Origin: an uncultured Phycisphaerales bacterium | Lineage (GTDB): Bacteria > Planctomycetota > Phycisphaerae > Tepidisphaerales > Tepidisphaeraceae | Length of the DNA stretch: 64,000 bases | Direction: 5' to 3' | Assembly: GCA_963758525.1 (NCBI GenBank) | Contig: CAVWVQ010000003.1 | Location: 1,888,001-1,952,000, forward strand | In this document: in pieces, positions 30,981 through 41,086 of the stretch | How positions within the stretch are numbered: the first letter of the stretch is position 1 | Layout of the letters: every line of letters begins with the position of its first letter | Program-made: the position numbers and the translations under genes | Notes under the pieces: model-generated | The model's database searches: none | What the model saw: only the letters and a program-made list of their open reading frames with translations | Told to the model about the DNA's origin: nothing

Positions 30981-33401
30981 CTATTGCGCGTCCAGCACGC
31001 CGCTGCCCGGCGCGCCACTGGCGGGAGCCGCGGTTGCCTTGTAGTCCGGCTGCGAGACGGTGATCATGTTGCTCATCAATTGCGTGGCGCTGGCTGGTGT
31101 GTAGCCGATGATTCCGTCCACGGGCTCTCCAACGAGGCCGCCGCTGATGTCTTCCCGGCTGTAGAAAACGCCGACGCGGCCGTTCACGGAAATGCCGCAG
31201 ATGCGCGCCGATTTCAGATTGCCCGTGGTCCGGGTCGCATAGACTCGGTAGCCGACGGTGCTGATTTTATCGCCGGCAGAGAAGACCGGAGCATCCATCG
31301 GGAGCGGCCGGGCAAGCCCCGCGATGGCGTCCTTGCCGAACATCAGCCGCAGCTCGGATTCGATGCTGTTGGCAAACTCCGCGTCGCCGCCGGCGGCGTC
31401 GATGATCAAAGTCCCGCCTTTGGTGACAAAAGCCTGAAGCTCCTGTCGCTGCGCTGCGGTGAAGATGATTTTTGATGTTCCCGTGAGATGCGCGATCGAA
31501 TACCCGGCCAGCGCGCCCGAGCCAAGCTTGACTGGCGCGGCATCGAGTTGCGTGTCGCGGGTGTTGTGAAAGATGGCAGAGAGGCGGGCCCACCCGCCTG
31601 GCTCGGGATCCCAGTTGCCGTCGGTTTCGATCCGGGCGATCTTCAGATTCTTGGACGCCGCCGACGACGTGGGGACCACCACATACGGATCGGCCTTGAA
31701 GAAGAGATTCTGCCGGTCGGTCGCGTAGAGAAAAATGTTGGCCCCGAGTTCGAAGAACTCGGGGTGGATTTTGCTGTCTTCCATTTGCCAGGCGCGGCCG
31801 GCGTCCCCATCCGGCAGAAGGATCATCAATTCGCGCACGCCATTGCTCATCGCCAGGATATGCGGGTGCAGCCTCCACTTCTTTGCAAGGTATTGCTCGC
31901 CGTTGAAAATCACGTGACCCGCGGGCAGTTGGCGAAATTCATACTTGAACATCGCGGAACCGAGTTTCCTGAAGCTCTGGGAGAAGACTCCCGATCCGCA
32001 GTCCGCGGCGCCGAGGATCATTCCCCCTTGCTGGACAAACGTGCGCAGCTTGTCGACCTCCTCCGCGCTGAATGTCAGCGCCTGGTTGCCGCTGATGTAC
32101 AGGATCGGAGCGTCGTGCAATTGCTCGGCGCGACGCCGAGATTCACTATCTGCCAGTTCAGCGTGGTTTCTATGCGCGGCCCGACCCAGTGTGTCAGGTT
32201 CGCCACGTCACGAGGGCGCTCGTTCCAGGGGTCGATCTCTTCGGGCTTTTCCTTGTCGGCCGCCTTTTTCAATGTGACGGCATATTGCAGCTTGTTTATC
32301 ATCACCGGGGCGCGCCCCCGGCTCAGGAACAACATCGCGAGGCTGGTGTCGGCCACCGGTCCGTAGGCGCCTCCCCATTCGCCAGTTTTCTTCTGCTGCT
32401 GCACGGCGTTGTCGGCGCCGATGCGAAACCAGTCGACCGTCCCGAAATACGCGCCGCCCGCTTGCGGTGGCGATCCGCTCCACCCCGTACATTCCATAAT
32501 AGTTCGTGCCGCCCAACAGCTCGTCGATGTGCTTCTCGACGAAAATGAGGCCGTTCTCAATATTGATGTCCGGCGCTCCGCCCAAGCATGGGTCCCATTT
32601 TTTCAGCCGCAGCAGATAATCCTGCGTGATAAACAGGGATGCAACGCCGGCGCAAGTCATCGTCGGCGTCGCGGTGACGGAGTCGGTGGCGGTCGATCGA
32701 TAGTTCCAACCGCCGTCATGCTGCTGCGCGCGCCGCCACCCCTTGTCGACAACGTCCCAGTATTTCTCCGGGATGTCGGCGCCTGCCTGCTCGGCCGCCC
32801 AGACGCCCAGCACGCCGTACTGACTGTTGCTCCGGTCGTATGAGTAACTGCTGGCCGGTCCCCCCTCGCCAAACGCCACGACGGGCGGCTTCTGCCCCGG
32901 CACGCCGTAGTTGTACCCATAGAAGCCCGCATTGGCCCCCTTCTGGATCACGCTGTTGAGGAGGAACTGCGCATCCGCGTCCCTGGCCGCGTTGCGTGAT
33001 GGAGATTCGCCAATCAGCAGCCACACCTGCGCCCGCAGCGCCACCGCATAGGTGCCGTGAAGATCCGCCTTGGTCAACCATTTCACCGCATTCTGGAGCG
33101 GCAGATTGTCTTTGGTCTTCTCCCCGGCGGCGAGCAGCGCGTAGGTCGCGATCGCGGTATGCCCGCCATAGCGGGACGTAGCGCTGAAACCTCCGTTGGA
33201 ATTCAGTCCTGCCGGATCGGGCGGTTCGGTTTCCCAGCTGCCGTCCTTCTTTTGGACCGAGTAGAGGTACTTCACACCCTTGGCAACAGCATCGTTAATC
33301 TGCTGCGGCGTTGCCGCGCGTGCCGGCGGCAGACTTGAAGCCGCGAATGCCAGCAACGCTATCAAGACTCGAATGACCCAAGGTCGAAAGTCCAGCTGCA
33401 T
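30981..33401 (-). CDS. Secreted prenyltransferase-like repeat + DUF4159-type protein (frameshifts ~32460, ~32130)
   Basis: Signal peptide, KGVKYLYSVQKKDGSW, DRSNSQYGVLG, QHDGGWNY, and DUF4159-like APILYISG/FVQQGG repeats. Confidence 0.75.
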
Positions 33402-33611
33402 TGACCTTCTCTCCGCTCCCCCCTGCCCAAACCGTTTCCCTCGTTACTGGTATTTTACGCAAATATTCCCAAAATTACATTTCCGTTGCATGTGCGCGCC
33501 AGGCGATTCGTCAGTGCACCTGCGTTTTCTCAACGCGTTAGCGGTTACGCTCTCCTGAATGCCACCAATTCCCAAGGTCGCCGACAAGTTTGGAACAGAT
33601 CGCGGGCCCGA

Positions 33612-33932
33612 TCAGCGATAAACAAACCGCCGGTTCAGTTTCTCCCGTCGCCTGGCACAGCCGCAATCCGGGACTGACTCGCTGATACGCTGCCAGGCCG
33701 TCTGCTGGCGATAGAGTTCAACCAGGCGGCGAACTCCCGATCGGTGCAGCATCCATGCAACGGAATCGCCAAACCCACGCTGAGCAAAACGCTCCTCGGG
33801 ACATGCGTGCGCCTGCGCATGCTCGATGATGTCGCGCCCGTCCTTCAGGCAGACGCAACCTCCCATGCAATCAGTCTGACGAAACGGGCACGCGTGACAG
33901 ATCATGATGTTATGCGCAAAGATTCTCGACAT
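33612..33932 (-). CDS. Cys-rich phage-associated protein
   Basis: CHAC...GFGDSVA...DCGCARRREKLN. Last gene of the cluster. Confidence 0.7.
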   Translation of the reverse strand: MSRIFAHNIMICHACPFRQTDCMGGCVCLKDGRDIIEHAQAHACPEERFAQRGFGDSVAWMLHRSGVRRLVELYRQQTAWQRISESVPDCGCARRREKLNRRFVYR

Positions 33933-33994
33933 GATTCAGCCGTATCGCGGCCGCCCGAAGGGCCGCGTTTCCCCTGCACGAGTAAACCCGCAAT

Positions 33995-34468
33995 TCACGC
34001 ACTCAGCACGACTGATGCTCCCGTCCCCCCCGAGCACGGATTCGCGCAGATCGAATAACTCCCCGCCGGCGGGCAGATCGCGTTCGAAATCACCTCAGCC
34101 CAGACGAAGGTGATCGCCCCGTAAAGCTGCACGACCCAGCGCATGGCGCCGGTCGTGTTGTGGCAGTCAATGAGCGAGCAGAAGACTTGCCATCCAAAGG
34201 AACAGCCGCCCGGCAGGAACATGATGCCGGTGGTCCATTGGCAGTCCGTGCCGATCCGCGTGAGGGTGAAGGTTCCGTTAAGACCGGCAAGGCAGCATGC
34301 GGGTCCCGGCGAGCCCAGCCCGCTGACGGTCAGGTGATACGTCGCCGCGCACGGCGAGCCGCAACCGCCGGGGCAGTTCGCGGAGCCTGTCGCGCACGCG
34401 TTGACGAGATGGCCGGCGCCGTCGTGCAGGAGATGGCCACCGGCGCCGTGATGAAGATGACTGCTCAT
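33995..34468 (-). CDS. His/Cys-rich phage-associated protein
   Basis: MSSHLHHGAGGHLLHDGAGHLVNAC... with many Cys. ATGA overlap with the upstream gene. Confidence 0.7.
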   Translation of the reverse strand: MSSHLHHGAGGHLLHDGAGHLVNACATGSANCPGGCGSPCAATYHLTVSGLGSPGPACCLAGLNGTFTLTRIGTDCQWTTGIMFLPGGCSFGWQVFCSLIDCHNTTGAMRWVVQLYGAITFVWAEVISNAICPPAGSYSICANPCSGGTGASVVLSA

Positions 34469-35421
34469 GGACAGGATTGCGTGGTATCGACGGTGATGCG
34501 TGTTTCGCCGGAGACGGCGATCAGCAAGCCGCGCGCGTCCAGCGAAAGCTCGCGGAGATAGGCATAGAGGACCGCGCCGCTGGTGTCCCAGAACGTGCGG
34601 GTCTGAATCCATAGATTGATCGGCGTGCCGCTGCCGGCCTTGCTCCAGCTTGCTGAATCAGCGGAAAGCGCGCCGCCGGTGCCGTCGCCGAGGGTGGCGG
34701 GAAAGGTCGTTTCGCCATAGCCGCCCCGCACCATCACAATCCAACGCGGGGTTGCTTCGGTCGTCATGCCGACCACACAACCCAAGGCAAACGTGTTCGT
34801 CTTGAGCCGGTGACCCGACACGGCGTCCTCTTCAACGTTGAGCACCAGCGCATTGTCCGCGGCCGGGGTCGTCATCCCGGCGGGCATGCTCAATGCCGTC
34901 GCGGGAGAAGCGGAGCTTGTGCCTCCAAGAATGCGACCGTTGTATTCTCCCGCCCCGGCTGCGGCGCCAGTGAGCTTCACGACGACGACCGGTGTCGGCG
35001 GCGTGTTGAAAACATATAGCTTCGCAGGCGGCGACGACCTCGAATAAAAGCCAACCACCTGCACCAGCGTCCCCGCCGGCAGCAAATGCGTCTTGCCGCT
35101 CACCTCCGCGAGGTTCGTCGCAACCAGGCATTGCGCGATTCCCGGAATCGTATCGGCGCCCGCGCTGAGCAATTGCGTCTGACCCATATTGCCCGGCGTG
35201 GCGCGATCGATGTAATACCGCGCGTCGCTGTAATTCGACCCGGATGTGCTACCACATGGTCCCGCCCGGATGACGCCCAAAAACTGCTCCGCAAACGCCG
35301 GCCGAGACCGTCCCTGCGCGGAATCGCCAATCGCCTCCGCGTAGACGTCCGCCAGTTGCGCCAACAGTGATCCAGATTCCTGATCCGGATCGTGAAATGT
35401 TTCGAGTTCTGAATCTCGCAT
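34465..35421 (-). CDS. Putative virion structural (distal tail/tip) protein
   Basis: 318 aa, G/A/T-rich. Function inferred from position only. Confidence 0.6.
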   Translation of the reverse strand: MRDSELETFHDPDQESGSLLAQLADVYAEAIGDSAQGRSRPAFAEQFLGVIRAGPCGSTSGSNYSDARYYIDRATPGNMGQTQLLSAGADTIPGIAQCLVATNLAEVSGKTHLLPAGTLVQVVGFYSRSSPPAKLYVFNTPPTPVVVVKLTGAAAGAGEYNGRILGGTSSASPATALSMPAGMTTPAADNALVLNVEEDAVSGHRLKTNTFALGCVVGMTTEATPRWIVMVRGGYGETTFPATLGDGTGGALSADSASWSKAGSGTPINLWIQTRTFWDTSGAVLYAYLRELSLDARGLLIAVSGETRITVDTTQSCP

Positions 35422-35503
35422 CGAAATGTGCTTCCCGGGGTGCGCATGAGCACTTCGCGCACTGCAATTCGTCGCACATGAATAGCTGAATATTCGCGTC
35501 CCC

Positions 35504-35619
35504 GTGGCATGGGCTTCCAGCCCATGTCAGTTGCTTGGCGGGAGAGGAGACGTGGACAAGGCTAACGGTGATCTGTACTACTCTTAATGCACTTTACACG
35601 GGCTGGAAGCCCGTGCCAC
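35504..35619. repeat. GTGG-type REPIN
   Basis: GTGGCATGGGCTTCCAGCCCATG...CACGGGCTGGAAGCCCGTGCCAC. Interior ends in AATGCACTTTA. Confidence 0.85.
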
Positions 35620-35728
35620 GGGGAAGGTGCCGGTGGCACGGGCTTGCGTTTCGTGGGCAGCGTTCGCCCGGGGTGCCTCCAATTTTGCAATTTGCAATCC
35701 TCGTTTTGCAATTTGCAACTCTGCCCCT

Positions 35729-36517
35729 CTACAACGCGCTCGGCAATCCCAGCTGCGCAAAGTCCCGCGTCGCGTAGGGAAGAATCTTCGCAACTCCCTT
35801 GTCGTTGTTCGGGCTGACCTGCACGTCGTCGGGAATCTTCCCCGAATAGCGATCGACGAAATATTCCAGCCGCGTCCAGCCGTCCGGGTCGTACTCGAAG
35901 ACATCGCGCACTTCGTATCGCGACAGATTCGCCTGGCTCTTTCCGTCGATCGATCGGCAAAGCCATGTTTTCGCCGCGCCTCCCTGCCATGCGGTCGCAT
36001 TCACGCACCGCCGGAACTTGGTGGACAGCCGCAACGGACTGGTCGGCTCGAGCCGAGTGAACTGCAGCACCGTGTTCGGCGACAAGACCGGCACCTGCAG
36101 CCGATCCTGCAGCACGTTGCCAGCCGGGTCGGTGTATTTCACCAGCATCGGAGTGCCGTCCGGATTCAGGCTCGTCAGCTTCCGCGCCGTTGACCCCGTC
36201 ACCGTGATCTGCACCGCGTTCGGCACCGGCCCCAATTCCGGCGAGCCGTAGCGCACCGTCACTCGCGCGGCAGTTCGGGAATTCTGAATCGGCTCCGCTT
36301 CCAGCGCGATCACATACAGCCCGTACACCGCAGGATGCGCGTCGCCATAGCGCGGAATCCGCGCGCCGCTGGTCCCGTCCGCCGCCGTGGCGGCTTGCGC
36401 CAGCGTATCTTTCCCCGGCAACAGACCGGAAACGTCGAACACGCGAATGAGCAGTCCGCCCTGCCGCGTGTAGAGGAACTTTGCGCCCAGAACGAGATCT
36501 TCGGTGATTTGTACCAT
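35729..36517 (-). CDS. Putative baseplate hub/distal tail protein
   Basis: IPRYGDAHP...VTVRY...VNATAWQG...TWLC...FEYDPDGW. Position downstream of the neck genes; identity inferred. Confidence 0.55.
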   Translation of the reverse strand: MVQITEDLVLGAKFLYTRQGGLLIRVFDVSGLLPGKDTLAQAATAADGTSGARIPRYGDAHPAVYGLYVIALEAEPIQNSRTAARVTVRYGSPELGPVPNAVQITVTGSTARKLTSLNPDGTPMLVKYTDPAGNVLQDRLQVPVLSPNTVLQFTRLEPTSPLRLSTKFRRCVNATAWQGGAAKTWLCRSIDGKSQANLSRYEVRDVFEYDPDGWTRLEYFVDRYSGKIPDDVQVSPNNDKGVAKILPYATRDFAQLGLPSAL

Positions 36518-36623
36518 CGGGTTTCCAACCCGTGCGGATGGCACGGGAGCAGTGAACTCTTAGTCAGCAGACATCGGTTTCCGCTATTTGGCGGATCTCG
36601 CACGGGTTAGAAATCCGTGTCAC
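36511..36623. repeat. CACGGGTT..AACCCGTG-family REP pair
   Basis: GTACCATCGGGTTTCCAACCCGTG...CACGGGTTAGAAATCCGTGTCAC. Confidence 0.75.
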
Positions 36624-36633
36624 GAGCGACGAG

Positions 36634-37035
36634 CTACGAGACGCTGTACGTATATGTGACCGACCATTCCCACACATCGTTGCCGGCGGCATCGTGTCGA
36701 TGCAGCAACGGCGTCGGCTCCCCGCACCGCGTGACGCTGTCATTGGTTCCGCTGGACAGCGTCAGCAGCGCGTCGTCAAAACTCCCCAGCAGCGTCTGCA
36801 TGTCGCTCCCGATGGCGTCGTGACCGATGCCGTAGGCGCTGAACCGAAGCTCGGTGTCGGTTCGGTATGGTCCGCCATACGCGTAAGAGACCTTGGATGC
36901 GACGATACGCGAGACGACGTATGGCATCGTGGTACCTTCGGGCGCGCGATCGCGGTACAGGCCGCCGGGGAATGCCGCGACCAGCGCAGCGTCGGCAATA
37001 AATTTCGCATAGATGGCATTGAGGAGGGGAAGCAT
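36634..37035 (-). CDS. Tail completion/terminator protein (DUF3168/gp17-like)
   Basis: 133 aa, LLNAIYAKFIADAALVA...YRDRAPEGTTMPYVV. Confidence 0.75.
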   Translation of the reverse strand: MLPLLNAIYAKFIADAALVAAFPGGLYRDRAPEGTTMPYVVSRIVASKVSYAYGGPYRTDTELRFSAYGIGHDAIGSDMQTLLGSFDDALLTLSSGTNDSVTRCGEPTPLLHRHDAAGNDVWEWSVTYTYSVS

Positions 37036-37051
37036 TTTAATCAGCAGGGGC

Positions 37052-37153
37052 CGGTTCAGTGTTCAGTGTTCAGGGTTCAGGGTTCAGTGAAGACGGGGAA
37101 TCTGACCGGGTCAGTATTCATTGCATTCACCTGAACCCTGACACCCTGAACCC
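37052..37153. repeat. Inverted heptamer array (GTTCAGG/GTTCAGT)
   Basis: (GTTCAGT/G)n...(CCTGAAC)n. Confidence 0.8.
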
Positions 37154-37164
37154 TCACTTGAATT

Positions 37165-38082
37165 CTAAGAAGCGGTCAGCGTCCCGGCGTTCACCAGGTT
37201 GTGCGTCCCAATCGTTAACTGTCCCGGATCAGCCGGGTCGAACGCGAGCACCCCGCCGGCGTGATGATTGACTGTCGTGACGATCACCCCCAGCGGATTC
37301 TGCGAAAAGTCGGCGGTTCCCGTTGGGAAAATGTTGAGCGTCGTGATCGCGGCTCCGGAGCTGGGCCGATGACTCAACGTGATGGCGCCGCCCGCATTGA
37401 TCGTGGCAATTGCCGACGATCCGCGTGTCACCGCGGTCGAACCGCTCGACACCGACAACGACCCGGAGCTGCCGCTGGCAGTTGAAAGCGTCGCGCCCGC
37501 GGCAACGGTGGCCGTCGTCCACGCGACGCCCGCACCCAAATCCACAACCGCGCTCGATCCGCTCGCATCGACCTCGCTGATCGTCGCAGTTTCCCCCGGT
37601 AGATTCGTCGCCACGCCAACGCGTCCGCCGAGCACGATCAGCCGGTTCGACGCATTGCTGCCCTTGATCCGCAACGGCTCAAGCCCGCTGTCGATGGAAG
37701 TTCCAACGTTCAATACCGTCCCGACGAACACCGCCGCGCCGAAGTCAATCTTGATGCGTCCCGAGCCGCCGGCGGTCGAGCCATCAGACGATGGCGTACC
37801 GATCGTCCAGGTTGCGGTGCCGATTTTCCAGTAACCAAACGTGCCGGTCGTACCCGTGGTGCCGATCGTTCCAGCGAAGGTCTGGCTGATCGTCATACTG
37901 TTCAGCGTCACCGCCGACATATCAACGGCGCCGATTGACGCCAGCGAAAGTCCGGCGATGGCCTGGACATAGACATCGTCGCCATTGCCCGGCGCTGTTC
38001 CCGTCGTTCCATCCGACTTCGTCCAATTCGCGCCCACCGTCGGATCGGTGGAGGAGATGCTTGACCAGAAAAATGCGGACAT
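37165..38082 (-). CDS. Putative virion structural protein, beta-solenoid-like
   Basis: 305 aa, T/G/S-rich. ANW...P..GDDV N-terminus and GGAG-like RBS. Confidence 0.7.
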   Translation of the reverse strand: MSAFFWSSISSTDPTVGANWTKSDGTTGTAPGNGDDVYVQAIAGLSLASIGAVDMSAVTLNSMTISQTFAGTIGTTGTTGTFGYWKIGTATWTIGTPSSDGSTAGGSGRIKIDFGAAVFVGTVLNVGTSIDSGLEPLRIKGSNASNRLIVLGGRVGVATNLPGETATISEVDASGSSAVVDLGAGVAWTTATVAAGATLSTASGSSGSLSVSSGSTAVTRGSSAIATINAGGAITLSHRPSSGAAITTLNIFPTGTADFSQNPLGVIVTTVNHHAGGVLAFDPADPGQLTIGTHNLVNAGTLTAS

Positions 38083-38118
38083 AGGAGTTCTCGTTGGTTA
38101 GAAGGGAAAGCGTAAGAA

Positions 38119-38262
38119 AGGCACGAAGGCACGTAGGCACGAAGGCACGAAGGGAATGACGCGGCTGAGGCCGCGAGTCTCTCCAATTGCTTGTCTAACA
38201 AAGCGCAACACTGTCGCCGTAGCGACTCCTCCCCTTCGTGCCTCCGTGCCTTCGTGCCTTCC
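38119..38262. repeat. Inverted octamer array (GGCACGAA)
   Basis: (AGGCACGA)4...(CCTTCGTG)3. The same motif occurs at ~60946 and ~63723 outside the cluster. Confidence 0.8.
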
Positions 38263-38265
38263 CCT

Positions 38266-38619
38266 TCAATCAATCAATTCACAATCCAACTGATACAACG
38301 CCTCAGCACTGACAATACTGTTGGCAGATTTCTTGACCGCCTTGACGAGATAGACCCTGGTGCCGTCCGTCAATCGATCCCCCAGCTTTGCTCCACCGGC
38401 AACGAGCGTATCGAGATCGGAGTTGGTGAAAACGTGATAGGTGACAATCACATCGCGTCGCGCGTAGTCGGAGACAACCGACGCGCCCGCGGGAGAGACT
38501 GCACACGCGACATTCGCGAGGACCGTCGCAAACGTCCGAACGGCCGCTCCGCTGCCGTCCCGCGAAATCGTCTGCCGTTGCAATGAGAGAGATTGATCGA
38601 GTAACACGCTCATCGACAT
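38266..38619 (-). CDS. Head-closure/stopper protein
   Basis: 117 aa, LQRQTISRDGSG...GDRL......Y.VKAV. Follows the connector. Confidence 0.7.
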   Translation of the reverse strand: MSMSVLLDQSLSLQRQTISRDGSGAAVRTFATVLANVACAVSPAGASVVSDYARRDVIVTYHVFTNSDLDTLVAGGAKLGDRLTDGTRVYLVKAVKKSANSIVSAEALYQLDCELID

Positions 38620-38654
38620 TCAATTCCAATCGTTTGGTACTACAGTTTTGTTTC

Positions 38655-38785
38655 GTACGGTGGGTGTACTCGCCCACCGTTTTGGACAGCGACAATTGCG
38701 AGAACAACTCGGTGGGCGAGCACACCCACCCTGCAGGATCAGCTACTTCCCCCGGCAATTCGCACGGGTTGGAAACCCGTGTTAC
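38655..38785. repeat. REP cluster
   Basis: GGTGGGTGTACTCGCCCACC...GGTGGGCGAGCACACCCACC, plus CACGGGTTGGAAACCCGTGTTAC. Confidence 0.75.
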
Positions 38786-39714
38786 CAGTTGATCATCTTG
38801 CTGTGATCGATGTATGGGGCGGTCAGGGCCTGCACTTTTCCGGACATCTGCGAACTGGCGGTTTCCGTCTTGAGTTCGACGCTGCTGGCGCCCAGCGTCG
38901 CTTTCTTCAGCGTGTTGTTCACAAGGCTGGCCTGATACAGATCCTGCACGAGTTGCACCGTCGCCTCCTGGATCGGCTGCGGCACGGTCGTGAAGCCGGC
39001 GGTGTAATCGATACGGATGTTCAGTTGCCCGCGCGGGAAGATGCCGAACAATTCGCCGGTCTCATCGTCGAGCCGCCAGCCGGCGGATCCCCAGGAGCTT
39101 CCCTCGTCGCCCGCGTCGCCGGGCCAGGCATTCACCGGCTGAAGAGCTTCACTGTACACCTCGAGGCACGCCCCGCCGCCCAGCACACTTGCCGCTCCCT
39201 GCGATGGCTTGAAATCCGCTGACGGCCATTTGGAGAAATCCCCGGTAATCCCCTGCGGCTGAACCGCCGCCGACCAACCGGCTCCCAGCGCATTGATTGC
39301 CGCTGCCAATGCTCCGATCGTCACGTACGTTGCGTATGCGAGACTGACGCTGCTCGCGACCCCTGAGGCAACGCGCAGGAGCGTCAGACCGCTGTTTGTC
39401 GTTTCCACCGTCGCCCGCTGGTTGGTGGCGCTGTCGCCATTCCAGACACGCAGGGCCGGCTGCGGATGTCCCGCCACCCGCGTCACCTCCAGCACCGGAA
39501 ACTGCCGCAGACGGATCGGCGCATTGCGATAGACGCCGCCCGAGTAATACTCCGAGTAAGAGTTCTGCACGAAATCGCGATTGCACCGTCGCCGGATGGT
39601 GTCGCTCGCCGCCGTGATCAGCGACGCCAGGTAATCCGGCGAACTCGCCTGCAACGCGGCGAGAGCCGTGTTCTGCACCGCGCGATCGGTAGTGATCAGA
39701 TCGGGAAGGGACAT
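38782..39714 (-). CDS. Head-tail connector/adaptor (gp6/gp15-like) with large insertion
   Basis: LITAASDTIRRRCNRDF...LRQFPVLEV...NIRIDYTAGFTTVPQPIQEATVQLV. Confidence 0.78.
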   Translation of the reverse strand: MSLPDLITTDRAVQNTALAALQASSPDYLASLITAASDTIRRRCNRDFVQNSYSEYYSGGVYRNAPIRLRQFPVLEVTRVAGHPQPALRVWNGDSATNQRATVETTNSGLTLLRVASGVASSVSLAYATYVTIGALAAAINALGAGWSAAVQPQGITGDFSKWPSADFKPSQGAASVLGGGACLEVYSEALQPVNAWPGDAGDEGSSWGSAGWRLDDETGELFGIFPRGQLNIRIDYTAGFTTVPQPIQEATVQLVQDLYQASLVNNTLKKATLGASSVELKTETASSQMSGKVQALTAPYIDHSKMINW

Positions 39715-39916
39715 TTAGTTTTCTCCAGGCAGACTGTGCGTGTCGACGGCATGCTCACGCCCGAAGCTTTTGAGCGTTAAAGCAAAGTTCAGTCTTCCGT
39801 TTTCAGTGTTCAGTCTTCAGTTGACGAAGCCGGACAAGTGACGGCTGGTGGGGCATCTGCCCATCTTGCAAATTGGTGATAGGAAATCCTCGACCGTCTC
39901 AAGGTATAATAAGTGT

Positions 39917-40264
39917 GTGCGTTACCTCGCTCTTGCGATTCTTCTTGCGTTCTCGATCGGGCTGTGTTTTCTGTGCCTGTTGCTCGGCGGACTGTCGTTG
40001 ATCGACTTGAGCCCCGACGGACCGTCCAGTTCCCCGTCAGCCGCTTTCCTGTTTTTTGCGGCAGCCGGCTTCTTCTTCCTGTTCACCATCGCGATGCGGT
40101 TCTTCGCACGGCCCCGACCGACGCCCTATGGAACTTGCAGGCATTGCGGCTACGACCTCCGCGCTACCCCCAATCGCTGTCCCGAATGCGGCACCATGAC
40201 CCCGAAGGTAATCGCGAACGGCCGACGGAGTGGAACTGCCACGGCGGGATATGATCGCATTTAA
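39917..40264 (+). CDS. Membrane protein with C-terminal zinc ribbon (CxxCGYDLRA family)
   Basis: Two TM segments + CRHCGYDLRATPNRCPECG. TATAAT 6 nt before GTG. Confidence 0.8.
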   Translation: MRYLALAILLAFSIGLCFLCLLLGGLSLIDLSPDGPSSSPSAAFLFFAAAGFFFLFTIAMRFFARPRPTPYGTCRHCGYDLRATPNRCPECGTMTPKVIANGRRSGTATAGYDRI

Positions 40265-40455
40265 CGAGGATCAGTGATCCTCCCCGGAAATCGTGATTGC
40301 GCCGCCGGCGGATCATGTCGCTGGCGCCGTAATCGGCGACGCCAGATAGTCCGGTGAGTCGCTTTATAGCGCCGCCACTGCCGAAGTTTGCACCGCGCGA
40401 TCGGTGGTAATGAGATCAGGAAGTGACATAAGCAAAGCTCCTGCACCGCGTCCCC

Positions 40456-40573
40456 GTGGCACGGGCATCTTGCCCGTGCGGGCGACACGGTGGGAGAAAA
40501 CGCGTGGTATTTTTTATGATTCAGATCTTTTTACGACTGATGCACTTTTACACGGGCAGGATGCCCGTGCCAC
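40456..40573. repeat. GTGG-type REPIN
   Basis: GTGGCACGGGCATCTTGCCCGTG...CACGGGCAGGATGCCCGTGCCAC. Confidence 0.9.
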
Positions 40574-40759
40574 GATGAATGGTCTATGATCAGGTCGCTG
40601 GCGGCGTATGCGTGATCGCCTACCACGCCGCCCAAACATCGCAACCGCCGATCCAGTGAAGCTTCTCCCGTTCAATAGTCTCGCGACATTGTCACTCGGA
40701 CTTTGCGTCTTGAGGGGACTTGTCTGGATTTCGAGTCACACGCGGCAGAAAGGGAACCG

Positions 40760-41086
40760 GTGAAACGCAGCCTCTTCAACCTGATGCGTGGACCACGAAA
40801 CGTTCGATTCGTGGTGATTCTACTGTTGCCTGCACTTCTATTATGGGGCTGGGCGGCGCTGGATGACACGGCGCTCCGGTCTGAACGTCATGAGCACGTT
40901 ATTCGGCCGCTGGGGAGGGCATTGGCGGCAGGCTACACCCTGTTCTTTCTGATTGCGGCCGTCGTGAGCGTCCTATCCAAGCGACGGCCGAGAGCTGGGG
41001 TATGCCCCGTCTGCCGCTACGACCTCCGCGCGAGTCCCGGCCGCTGCCCAGAATGCGGGACGCAGCGCCAGAGCGCGACTCGATGA
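40760..41086 (+). CDS. Membrane protein with C-terminal zinc ribbon (CxxCxYDLRA family)
   Basis: VKRSLFNL... + TM segments + [19 protein letters not shown]. Confidence 0.8.
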   Translation: MKRSLFNLMRGPRNVRFVVILLLPALLLWGWAALDDTALRSERHEHVIRPLGRALAAGYTLFFLIAAVVSVLSKRRPRAGVCPVCRYDLRASPGRCPECGTQRQSATR

